A stretch of DNA of 64,000 nucleotides from Vicinamibacteria bacterium (lineage in GTDB: Bacteria; Acidobacteriota; Vicinamibacteria; Marinacidobacterales; Marinacidobacteraceae). Of the stretch, positions 10,461 to 18,632 are shown one piece after another. The stretch is taken from contig OZ219816.1 of the NCBI GenBank assembly GCA_964291235.2, positions 1,664,001-1,728,000 on the forward strand, given 5' to 3'. The translations under genes and the position numbers were made by a program. Position 1 is the stretch's first letter; every line of letters starts with the position of its first letter. The notes beneath the pieces were generated by a model. That model worked only from the letters and a program-made list of their open reading frames with translations, had not been told where the DNA came from and did no database searches.

Positions 10461-10640
10461 GGCCAGCATACCCATTGTGTACACAATGGGACTGGCGAGG
10501 GAGGCTGCGCCCCCCTTCGAACCCCCGGCCCTTCGCGCCGCTACGGGAGCACCGGGCGGACGGGGCGCCGCCCCCGGACCCCCGCACCGGTTGCGCTCCT
10601 GGCGGAGCGGCTGGTTGCTGACCGCCTCGCGCAGGCGGAC
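10461..10640 (+). repeat. Left copy of a ~180 bp inverted repeat, oriT-like
   Basis: GGCCAGCATACCCATTGTGTACACAATGGG...; homologous to the reverse complement of 13603-13791. Confidence 0.8.
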
Positions 10641-10751
10641 CAAGCGCCCTCTGATCACCCCGGTGGACCGCGACCCGGCGAACCCGTTCGGGGTCCACCA
10701 CATGCGCTGTCTTTCCTGCACGGGGGTCCTCGAAGTACGACCGGCTGCGAG

Positions 10752-11771
10752 TCAGATGCGCGGTCCCCGGAGTACGGGGTCGCGGCGGAGACGGTCGAGC
10801 GCCTGCTGTTGCAATTGCCGCGCCCGCTCCGTGCTGACGTGGAGGCTCCGTCCGACTTCGGCAAGGCTGGATTCTTGGCCGTCCGCAAGGCCGAATCGCA
10901 TCTCCAGGAGGTGTCGGAGGCGCTCCGGCAAGTGAGAGAGGGCGACGCGCAGACGCCGCCACTGCTCGGTACCGGCCGCGGTCTCGCACGGATCCGGGGA
11001 CCCGGGATCCGGAAGCGACAGAACCCACGGGAGGCCGTTCGTAGCGGGGGACGTGTCGAGCGACTCGATGTCGGATACCAGAACGATCGTGGAGCGCAGT
11101 TGCTCGACGCTGACTCCCAGCTCTCGAGCTGCGTGTTCGGTCGTGTGGGGCGGGCGTCTATCCCCCGTGCAACACGCGTTGCCAGACCGTTGTTCCTCGT
11201 GTGCCTCCACCTCGCAGGCGTGCCGCCGGAGCTCAAGGCGGCGTAAGGGAATACGAATCGTCCTCGACTGTTGGGAGAGCGCCCGGCAGATCGTCTGGCG
11301 AATCCACCCAGCGGCGTAGGCGCAGAAACTCCGGCCCGGCTTCGGTTCGAACCGACGGGCCGCGTGCAGGAGTCCGAGGTTGCCCTCCTGGATGAGGTCG
11401 CCGAGTGGCAGTCCGAGGTTCCGGTAGCTCTTCGCGATGGTGACGACGAGGCCCAGGTTGCTCTCGACCATCCGCTCACGGCCGAACTCGCCGTTGAACT
11501 GTTTGCGGGGGGCGGCGTAAATGCCATCCGGATCGGTTGCCCCGTCCGGTCGCGGGGCGCGTCGGCACCGCCGGGGCTCACTCCCGCGGAACCGGCGATG
11601 CCGGCGCCCGTCCTGGACGTAGAGCGCTATCAAATCCAGATCGGCTTGCCCGTGCGCCTCCGCGTCCGTTTCGCTCGGTGCGCGTGCTTCGCACGAGAGG
11701 CGCTCTTCTCCGGGTTCCTCCGCGTCATACGCGAGGTCTGGGTGTTCCCACTCAGAGTTCGGAGTCGCCAT
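10752..11771 (-). CDS. Divergent sigma-70 family RNA polymerase sigma factor (RpoD/RpoS-like)
   Basis: SNLGLVVTIAKSY, DLIQEGNLGL, WIRQ, SRTIRIP; region 4 SLAEVG...ERARQL..QALDRLR. Confidence 0.9.
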   Translation of the reverse strand: MATPNSEWEHPDLAYDAEEPGEERLSCEARAPSETDAEAHGQADLDLIALYVQDGRRHRRFRGSEPRRCRRAPRPDGATDPDGIYAAPRKQFNGEFGRERMVESNLGLVVTIAKSYRNLGLPLGDLIQEGNLGLLHAARRFEPKPGRSFCAYAAGWIRQTICRALSQQSRTIRIPLRRLELRRHACEVEAHEEQRSGNACCTGDRRPPHTTEHAARELGVSVEQLRSTIVLVSDIESLDTSPATNGLPWVLSLPDPGSPDPCETAAGTEQWRRLRVALSHLPERLRHLLEMRFGLADGQESSLAEVGRSLHVSTERARQLQQQALDRLRRDPVLRGPRI

Positions 11772-11846
11772 GACAGCCTCTTCGTGGAGCGTCCGGCCGG
11801 AACGCCTTCCCTGGATCAGACAAGGATGTTTTGTGCCCGAATGAAC

Positions 11847-12290
11847 TCAGCTCGGCTGCTTCGAGACAGAGGTGGTCTCGGCGCGGAGGGCCGGGCTGAC
11901 GGCCAACCCGTAGCCGATGGAGTTCCACAGGGAAATCGCGAGCCAAAAGCCAACGTCGTGGAGAATCCCGAGCGGTTCACCCAACAGAACGCCCCAGTAG
12001 TTGTGGACGACGATGGCAAAAGCGCCGGCCAAACCAACGGCGAGAACGGCTCCGATGCCGGCGCTCACGAGGACGGGAGGCTCTGGCCGTGTCTTCAGCC
12101 ACCCGCCGATCGACGACCAAACCAGGGTGCCGACCAGAGTGCCCGCAAACATCGTAGTCGCCGCAACAACGGCGTCGGGAAGGACTCCACGGATTTCCGA
12201 AGCGCCTTCGAAGAGCACGAAGGCGAAGACGCCGGCAGCCATCCCGCCGCTAAACGCTGCAACCTTCCGTTGTGACCCTAGATATTGCAC
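11847..12290 (-). CDS. Small ~4-TM membrane protein
   Basis: Four hydrophobic segments; GTG start at 12290 with GAGGAG RBS overlaps the end of the upstream peptide gene. Confidence 0.65.
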   Translation of the reverse strand: MQYLGSQRKVAAFSGGMAAGVFAFVLFEGASEIRGVLPDAVVAATTMFAGTLVGTLVWSSIGGWLKTRPEPPVLVSAGIGAVLAVGLAGAFAIVVHNYWGVLLGEPLGILHDVGFWLAISLWNSIGYGLAVSPALRAETTSVSKQPS

Positions 12291-12613
12291 TGGGAGATCT
12301 CCTCGTCCCGAATCCGGCGGCACTCGTCCTTCCGTTCCTGGTGCCGGGCGTGCACTTCCAGGAGGCATTGTTCGATGCGGCGCGGAAGGATGCGCCGCTT
12401 GCAGCGCGCGGCCTCCGCAAGGGAGTCCGCCTGCGCCTGATCTTCGCAGGCGTCGGCCCTCTCGATTGCCTCATCAATGCAGCAGGTGGCACCGGCAGAG
12501 ACGACCACAGCGTGCATGAAGGCAAAGGTGAAAACGATGAGGACGCCGAGACCTCTCGAAGCAGGAGGCGTCGTCGCGCGACGACGATGAGGCAAACGGA
12601 CTAGATGTTGCAT
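12278..12613 (-). CDS. Secreted Cys-rich peptide B
   Basis: Signal peptide ending SAGA; 7 Cys; ends CNI; paralog of 12601-12870. Confidence 0.7.
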   Translation of the reverse strand: MQHLVRLPHRRRATTPPASRGLGVLIVFTFAFMHAVVVSAGATCCIDEAIERADACEDQAQADSLAEAARCKRRILPRRIEQCLLEVHARHQERKDECRRIRDEEISQCNI

Positions 12614-12870
12614 TCTCTCATCTCTCGATCTCGAATCTGGCGGCACTCCGCCTTCCGCTCGTTTAGCCTGTCGAGCGCTCTCTGCCGACACGCGTTGTCA
12701 GTGATTCCGCACCGCTGAGCTGCAACGATGGCATCGTATTCCGCCTTGTCGATGCAGTAGTCGTACCTCTCCAGCACGCGGTCAAGGCAGCAGGTCGCGC
12801 CGGCGAGCCCGATGACCGCGTGCATGATGACGAAGGCGATGGCGAGGAGGAGTCGGGAACCGGGGTTCAT
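12601..12870 (-). CDS. Secreted Cys-rich peptide A
   Basis: Signal peptide ending LAGA; 7 Cys; ends CNI; paralog of 12278-12613. Confidence 0.75.
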   Translation of the reverse strand: MNPGSRLLLAIAFVIMHAVIGLAGATCCLDRVLERYDYCIDKAEYDAIVAAQRCGITDNACRQRALDRLNERKAECRQIRDREMRECNI

Positions 12871-12916
12871 CTGTCTTGCCTTCGCCGTAGATCCTCCAAA
12901 CACGGGACTTGGCACT

Positions 12917-13315
12917 TCAGCGCTCCAGGATGTCCGTCAGCAGCACCCGCAGGTGCTTAGCGTCCCGACTCCGGCTCTCCTCCATTTCGAGGCGCCACCG
13001 CTTGAGCTGTTCCTCGGAGGCGCCGGCACCGCGAAACGCGGCGAGCACGCGCGCGTCCGAGTCCTCCTCGATTCGACGAGCCTGCCCAACGTGAAGAGCG
13101 ACATGCTCCTTGAGGCCGAGTGCGGAATGGCCGGCCACGGACTGGCCGGCCGGTCCGACGAGTTCCAGCGGTGCGTGGCTCGGTGCCGGAACCGGAGCAG
13201 TAGGAGCGTCCCCCGCGGGGCCGGCCGCCGGAGGGATCACCGGAGTGTCACAGGCCAGCGCGATTGCGACCGCGGCCAGGGGAATCACGGCCAGGTGGAT
13301 GGGTCGTAGTCTCAT
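12917..13315 (-). CDS. Putative lipoprotein
   Basis: MRLRPIHLAVIPLAAVAIALAC lipobox, Pro/Ala linker, helical C-terminus. Confidence 0.65.
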   Translation of the reverse strand: MRLRPIHLAVIPLAAVAIALACDTPVIPPAAGPAGDAPTAPVPAPSHAPLELVGPAGQSVAGHSALGLKEHVALHVGQARRIEEDSDARVLAAFRGAGASEEQLKRWRLEMEESRSRDAKHLRVLLTDILER

Positions 13316-13602
13316 GCCAATTACGTTCAACACGCCGGAGCACATCTTTCAAGGGGCAAATGTCGGCTTCCTTGACTTGGCGGAGGGAAGGAGAGCGAAA
13401 CGCGGAGCGCAGACGGTCGGATAGCAAGCTCCGATCGCCCCGGGCTCGCGCGATTCGCGGCAATTTGGGCCGCCTATGTCCCGCGGCAGCGCCGTAATGC
13501 CCGCTGGCCGCGGAAGGGGCCACGTCGCCGCCCACGACCCCGTTGGCCCGCTCCTCGACGTTGGGGACCCGGAGGGCCTCCGCCGGGCCGGAGGCGGCCT
13601 GT

Positions 13603-13791
13603 GCCGCCCGCGGGAGGCGGTCAGCAACCGCAGCGGTGCGCCGCTCCGCCGGGAGCGCACCGGTGCGGGGGTCCGGGGGCAGTGCTCCCGTCCGCTCGGT
13701 GCTCCCGCAGCGGCGCGATTGGCCGGGGGTTCGAAGGGGGGCGCAGCATCCCCTCGCCAGAGCCCAGTGTTTCACACTGGGTAGGCTGGCC
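13603..13791 (-). repeat. Right copy of the ~180 bp inverted repeat, oriT-like
   Basis: ...CCCAGTGTTTCACACTGGGTAGGCTGGCC; inverted homolog of 10461-10640. Confidence 0.8.
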
Positions 13792-14044
13792 TAGCATCAA
13801 GTGGCCAGCCGGCTGTGGCGCTCTCATCGGCCGTAGTGGCCTTGGTGAGAACCGTCGCCAAGGCGCACGAAGGGCGCTGCTGTGGTCATGCTCGCTACCG
13901 CGAACGAGGGTGCCCGTGCCGCTCCAGCATACGCCCAACCGCGAAGCAGGGGGGAATACAAGGTAGTAGCTCAGTTTGAACTTGACACGCGGACCGACGC
14001 TGTGAAAGCTCCAGAGGGTACCTCGACCGAGGAGGCCCGAATCT

Positions 14045-14417
14045 ATGCGTTTCCGTTTCACAATCACGCTTGCCCTCTTGGGGGGGGGGGCTGGTCGCCG
14101 GGACGGCGCTTGCGTCGCCAGTTCTTGACATCCGCGCGTCACTGGAGGCACACATTGCGGCCCCAGGCGTGCGCGCCCTGCCCCATTCGGCGGGCGCTCA
14201 GGATGATGACCTGCTACGCCGCCGGTGCCTCAGACAGGCGGAAGCGGCACTCCGGGAGTGCCAGGACACCGACGGGCAGGACTGCACCCGAATCTACGAA
14301 ACGCAGGTGGATGTGTGCTTGGCCACTTATCCGCAGGAAGAGGGCTGGGTGACGGTCTACAAGTGGTATCTCTTGGGCTCCGCCGGGGTCTTAGTGATGT
14401 GGCTGCTTTTGTCCTGA
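14045..14417 (+). pseudogene. Secreted Cys-hairpin protein with C-terminal TM anchor, out of frame at a G11 tract
   Basis: RBS GAGGAGG; ATG 14045 MRFRFTITLALLGGG; the G run at 14080-14090 is one base too long to join LVAGTALASP...; CX10CX7CX10C. Confidence 0.7.
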
Positions 14418-14568
14418 GGCGCAGGCCAATGACCTGACGGAGTCGCTCGCCAAGCCACGCGGCGGAGTCGCGGCTCCCCACCTGCCGTTGGCAGCCAAGG
14501 AACCGTAGTTTCAAACTGATATACGCAGTGGCAGTGATTTGTCACTGACTTGGCCGACAATTGCCAGC

Positions 14569-15006
14569 ATGAACAAACTGGCAACGGCGAAGTGGGCGCA
14601 GATCCTCGGCATGCTCGTAGAGGGCATGTCGATGCGGGCGGTCACCCGGAGCCCTTCGGAGTGCATCGGCACCCGGAAACGGATCATGCGGGGGAACCCG
14701 GCCCCGGAGAAGATCAGCACGTCATACGTGGAGCGGAGCAACCTGTCGGTCCGGATGGGAGTCCGCCGCCTCCCCCGGCTCACCAACGCATTCTCGAAGC
14801 GGCTCCTTCACCATGCCGCCGCCCTGTCGCTCTAATTCCTGCACTACAACTTCTGCCGGGTCCACAAAACGCTCCGCTTCACGCCAACGATGGCGACAGG
14901 GATCGACACCACCGTCCGGGATATGGAGTGGGTCGCCGGGCTGATTGACGCTCGCGCTCCGAAGCCGAACCGCCCGGCGAAATACCGGACCCGCAATTCA
15001 AGGTGA
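14569..15006 (+). pseudogene. IS1-family-like transposase relic (internal deletion + TAA)
   Basis: MNKL...LVEGMSMRAVTR joined to ISTSYVERSNLSVRM...RLTNAFSK; TAA at 14833, then HYNFCRVHKTLR..TP.MA.GI. Confidence 0.85.
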
Positions 15007-15265
15007 GACACCATCCGCCGGGGCGCTCCCGCCGGGCTGATACGGAGTGGTGCTATCGCTCTCTGCTGGCCGCTCCCCTAACCCTCCTGCATAAAACGCA
15101 GCGCAGCGGTGAGCGCCCGGTGCCTGTCCTGCGCGAGCAGAGACACGCGAGTTGGCGAACGTGCTGAGGAAGGTGCGCCGGGGTCACGCGAGTTGGCGCG
15201 AGGCGCGTGAGCGCCGCGGCAGCGTGCTGGTGGGGTAGGGGACTCAGGTCCACAACCTCCACCGG

Positions 15266-16858
15266 CTACCGGTACCGCGCGTTCCACCAATCCGGGTGCG
15301 GCATCGTCATCCCATTCCTGTTCTCGGCCCACTCGAAGAAGTCCCGGTTGTCCACTCTGTGGGTGAGCACTCGCCGGAACGCTTGCACCAGGCTAGCTCC
15401 CGCGCCGCCGGTCTCGAGGTAGTGCAGCACGTCGTCGCTGTTGTCGAAGGACACTCCGCGGTGGTTGACGAACGCAATGAAGTCGCGGGCAAAGGGTTCG
15501 AAATCCGCGCACGAGTGGAGGTAGGTGGCCTGCGGCCACCGCTTCTTCACCATGTCGTTGCGCGAATACTCGAAGGCGAGGCGGTTGAGGTCGATGCGGG
15601 CCGCGAGCACGGTGCGCAGCTCTTCCGATTCTCTGAACAACCGGTGGTACTGCAACTCGGCATTCGTCTCCTGGAACTTTTCCCGGGTCCATTCGTCGAA
15701 GCTGTAGTTGCCTTGAGGCATATCGGACGCGACGTAGTACTGCGCGAACCGGCAGAAGTTCGTCAGATCCTCGTATCCCGACTTGTTGCACGGGCCGCCC
15801 ATGTCGATCACCCCCAGCGGCCGTCCGAGTTCCTGCGTCCAGTGCGCCAACATGTCGGCCGCGTCGTCGTACGTCAATCGGAATTCGAAGAGACGTCCGC
15901 CGGCGGCGCCGTGCCCGTGGTAGTTCAGATGGTGCTCTGAGTCGGGGTACCGTGACACGAGATAGTTCGCGATCCTCTTGAACGTTTCGCGGAGGAAGCG
16001 GCTGACCTCGGGAGAGGAGTTCTCGTGCGGCGGCGGAAGCGGCATCCCGGGGAAGGCCAGGACCCGGAAGCTCTCACGGTAGGCCGTGTATTCCTCCGGC
16101 GTGATGTCTTCGTCGAGACCTCGGTGGGGGTTGAACGAGGCGGGGAATTCGTAGACGTGGACCGCACGGATCTCCTCCCAGAGAACGGCCTCGACGTACT
16201 TGAGGTTCGGGCTCTCTTTCAGGGGAACGCCCACGTCCCACGCCCCGTCGCCTTCCGCCACGAACGGAGTCCAGTCTTCGTTCACCATGACCGCCCGCAG
16301 CATGAGGTGATGCCGGTCGTGTTCCTGGAGGGGTGTCTGAACCTCGTGGGTCAGCACGACCCGGTCCTCGTGCCGTATTTCCACGGTGGACGCGCCGGGC
16401 TCGACCGCGCGCCAGTCCCAATAGCCGTTTCCACGCTTCCGTAAAGGGAGGACCGCAGAATTCGTCGAGACCGCCGCCAAATCGCCAGGATCCTCGTAGG
16501 GGCTCCCGTCGAGGAAAACGGCGAACGTGCCCTCGTGCCCCCAGTCCACGTCTTCCGGAACGGGGGGCGAGGGTTCGAAAGTAAACGCTCCCGCTGGCGT
16601 TTGCGGTTCTGGGGGCGGCGGGGTCGCGGGGGAGGGCGTCGCCATGGGTTCGTCCCCCCGGCATCCGGAGCCGAGGCTGCTGGCGACGAAGAGCATGATC
16701 GCGAGGGCGATCCGCCAACGCTCCCTGCCCGGCGCTGGCCGTTCGATTTCGCATCGGTGGAGGGATCCGCGCGCCAGGCCTCGGCGGCCTGGGCGACGGT
16801 AACAGCGATTGGCTTGGAGGAGGCCGGGCGCGGTGAGACGATCGATGGTGTAAGTCAT
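15266..16858 (-). CDS. Clostripain (C11)/caspase-fold-like lipoprotein; the true start may be nearer 16700
   Basis: Lipobox-like LGSGC; HGHG and GGPCN candidate His/Cys dyad followed by YVAS. Confidence 0.6.
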   Translation of the reverse strand: MTYTIDRLTAPGLLQANRCYRRPGRRGLARGSLHRCEIERPAPGRERWRIALAIMLFVASSLGSGCRGDEPMATPSPATPPPPEPQTPAGAFTFEPSPPVPEDVDWGHEGTFAVFLDGSPYEDPGDLAAVSTNSAVLPLRKRGNGYWDWRAVEPGASTVEIRHEDRVVLTHEVQTPLQEHDRHHLMLRAVMVNEDWTPFVAEGDGAWDVGVPLKESPNLKYVEAVLWEEIRAVHVYEFPASFNPHRGLDEDITPEEYTAYRESFRVLAFPGMPLPPPHENSSPEVSRFLRETFKRIANYLVSRYPDSEHHLNYHGHGAAGGRLFEFRLTYDDAADMLAHWTQELGRPLGVIDMGGPCNKSGYEDLTNFCRFAQYYVASDMPQGNYSFDEWTREKFQETNAELQYHRLFRESEELRTVLAARIDLNRLAFEYSRNDMVKKRWPQATYLHSCADFEPFARDFIAFVNHRGVSFDNSDDVLHYLETGGAGASLVQAFRRVLTHRVDNRDFFEWAENRNGMTMPHPDWWNARYR

Positions 16859-17079
16859 GCGAGTGCCTCCGGAGATCGAGTTCCATCCTAATGGCTGGCG
16901 GATCCGGAAGGAGCACAGTTCTCCCGCGCAGGCTCAAAACTCCCCGTAAGACCCCATCCGCGCGGGGGGCCGCGGCGGGGGCCGGCGCAGCGGATCGGTC
17001 TCCGTAAACACAATGGAGTCAATGGGTTACGAGTGCGACCGGCGCGGACCCCCTTTCACACTTTCCCCCCGGTCACGCC

Positions 17080-17110
17080 GGCAGCGAACAAAGTTCGCTG
17101 CCATTTTTTT
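17080..17110 (+). terminator. Rho-independent terminator
   Basis: GGCAGCGAAC-AAA-GTTCGCTGCC then ATTTTTTT. Confidence 0.8.
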
Positions 17111-17212
17111 CGCCCTCGTGGCGATAAACCCGCCACCCAGACGGGGATGCCGCAACGCCCCCGTGCCCGCCTGCGGCACCGCAGCTCTCCTCCCCCACCG
17201 CGCGCAGGAAAA

Positions 17213-17611
17213 GGAGCGCCGGCCTCCGGCCGGCATCGCGGCCGCAGGCCGCGAAACTCACGTAGTAGTCCGCCGCACCGCAGCCCTTCCCCCCCAACGG
17301 CGCGCGGGCAAGGGAACGCCGACCTCCAGGTCGGCACAGCCCGCCGCAGGCGGGCGGCAGTGAGTACCCCCCTTCAGCCCCAAGGCGCGCGACAACGGAA
17401 CGCCGGCCAGTTCTCCGGGCCTCCGGCCGCGAAACTCACGCAGTTCATCCGCCGCACAGCACCCAGCCAAACGGGGACAGCGCAACGCCCGGTGCCCTGG
17501 CGCCACCAAGGCTGCTGGGATCCACGCCGAGAGGGGAGCCATCCTGGCGCTGAGGGTCCGTCCCGTCGCCCGCCTTCGGCGGGCTGTGCCGGTGTGGACA
17601 CCGGCGTTCCC
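17213..17611. repeat. Cluster of family A/B REP-like hairpins
   Basis: GGAGCGCCGGCCTCCGGCCGGC (17213), GGAACGCCGACCTCCAGGTCGGC (~17312), ~112 bp family B unit 17500-17611. Confidence 0.75.
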
Positions 17612-17711
17612 TTGCGGTCCCGGCCGTCTGCGCAAGGGTGAGAGACAGCCCAGCGCCGCCGGCTCATTGGATGCAGACAGCGGAGCGCCGGCCGGTTCTC
17701 CGGGCGCGGGT

Positions 17712-18158
17712 TCACGAGCCGCGCGAAGGGTCCTCCCAGGGATTCCGGACCTCGATCCCGAGGCCCGCGAAGTCACGGACGTTCCGGGTCGCGAGCGGGA
17801 GCGACTCGGCGCGAGCAGTCCCCGCTACGAGCGCGTCCGCTAACCGGAGAACGCGTCCCGCGCGTGCGGCTTCGGCGCGAATGCGGGCCGCCTCCCGAGC
17901 GCGCACCGGGTCCAGCTCGAGGACCCGGCCCCGAAAGGAATCCGCCAATTCCCCGACGAACCGCGTCAGTTGGTCACGCTTCCGGCCGGGCGGCAACCGG
18001 AGCGCGCCGTATTCGAGTTCATGAACAACCACGACCGGCAGCAGGGCGCCCCGCGCCGCGCGGAGAAACGCCATGACCCCGGGATGAGGGACCGGCCGGA
18101 ACAGTTCGGAAACCACGTTGGTGTCCAACAGGATCCGCATCTCGGCCGCCGACGTCAC
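17712..18158 (-). CDS. vapC: PIN-domain (VapC/FitB-like) toxin
   Basis: ILLDTNVVSE, ADALVAGTA, LATRNVRDF, NPW. Confidence 0.92.
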   Translation of the reverse strand: MTSAAEMRILLDTNVVSELFRPVPHPGVMAFLRAARGALLPVVVVHELEYGALRLPPGRKRDQLTRFVGELADSFRGRVLELDPVRAREAARIRAEAARAGRVLRLADALVAGTARAESLPLATRNVRDFAGLGIEVRNPWEDPSRGS

Positions 18159-18478
18159 TCTTCGAACTCCAGATCGGCGAAGGGAATCTCCCGGCCTCCA
18201 TCGTCGCGGCTCGGCAGCTCGATCTCGCAACCGCGAGGAGCGTTTTCCACCAGCCACTCCCCGAAACCGGGGGTGGGCCCCGCGCGGGCGAGCCATTCAT
18301 GGAGGGGCACGACCACATGGGGCCGCTGCTTCCCGATCTGCTGCGGACCCACCTCGCTGGCGCGACGCAGCACTTCCGACAGGCGCGACTTCGCCTCGGC
18401 GACGGTCCAGACCGCTTCCAGAGCGTCGAAATCGTACGAATGGGGTTTGTTGCCGGGCTCGCGCCGACGGTCGGTCAT
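18155..18478 (-). CDS. Phd/YefM-type antitoxin
   Basis: WTVAEAKSRLSEVLRRA..GPQQI; GTGA overlap with the toxin. Confidence 0.85.
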   Translation of the reverse strand: MTDRRREPGNKPHSYDFDALEAVWTVAEAKSRLSEVLRRASEVGPQQIGKQRPHVVVPLHEWLARAGPTPGFGEWLVENAPRGCEIELPSRDDGGREIPFADLEFEE

Positions 18479-18480
18479 AA

Positions 18481-18494
18481 AGACTAGTCTAGTC
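18481..18494. promoter_or_regulatory. Putative TA autoregulatory operator
   Basis: Palindrome AGACTAGTCT plus an extra TAGTC, immediately upstream of the antitoxin ATG. Confidence 0.5.
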
Positions 18495-18632
18495 CATACG
18501 CCCGCCGAGGCGCTTGCGGAGCGGCGACGAGCATCGTTCTCCGGCGGCGTAGCGCGGGCCGGAGACATGCCCGCTACCTCGCTCCTGCTCCGCCCGTTAG
18601 GCTTGCGCGCCACCGAGAATCTGGAGAGCGCC

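Larger units (their letters stand above)
8849..17058. mobile_element. Integrative genomic island (~8.2 kb)
   Basis: Integrase at the left end; accessory cargo and IS relic; CCCCCTTTCA at both borders (8839-8848 and 17049-17058), splitting a family C repeat. Confidence 0.6.

Noticed and set aside
17970-18632. Long N-terminal extensions in the ORF track (prolyl oligopeptidase; likewise TolC, mmsA, DUF5916, pgk, tpiA)
   Set aside because: They overlap other real genes; internal starts with RBS or signal peptides fit better
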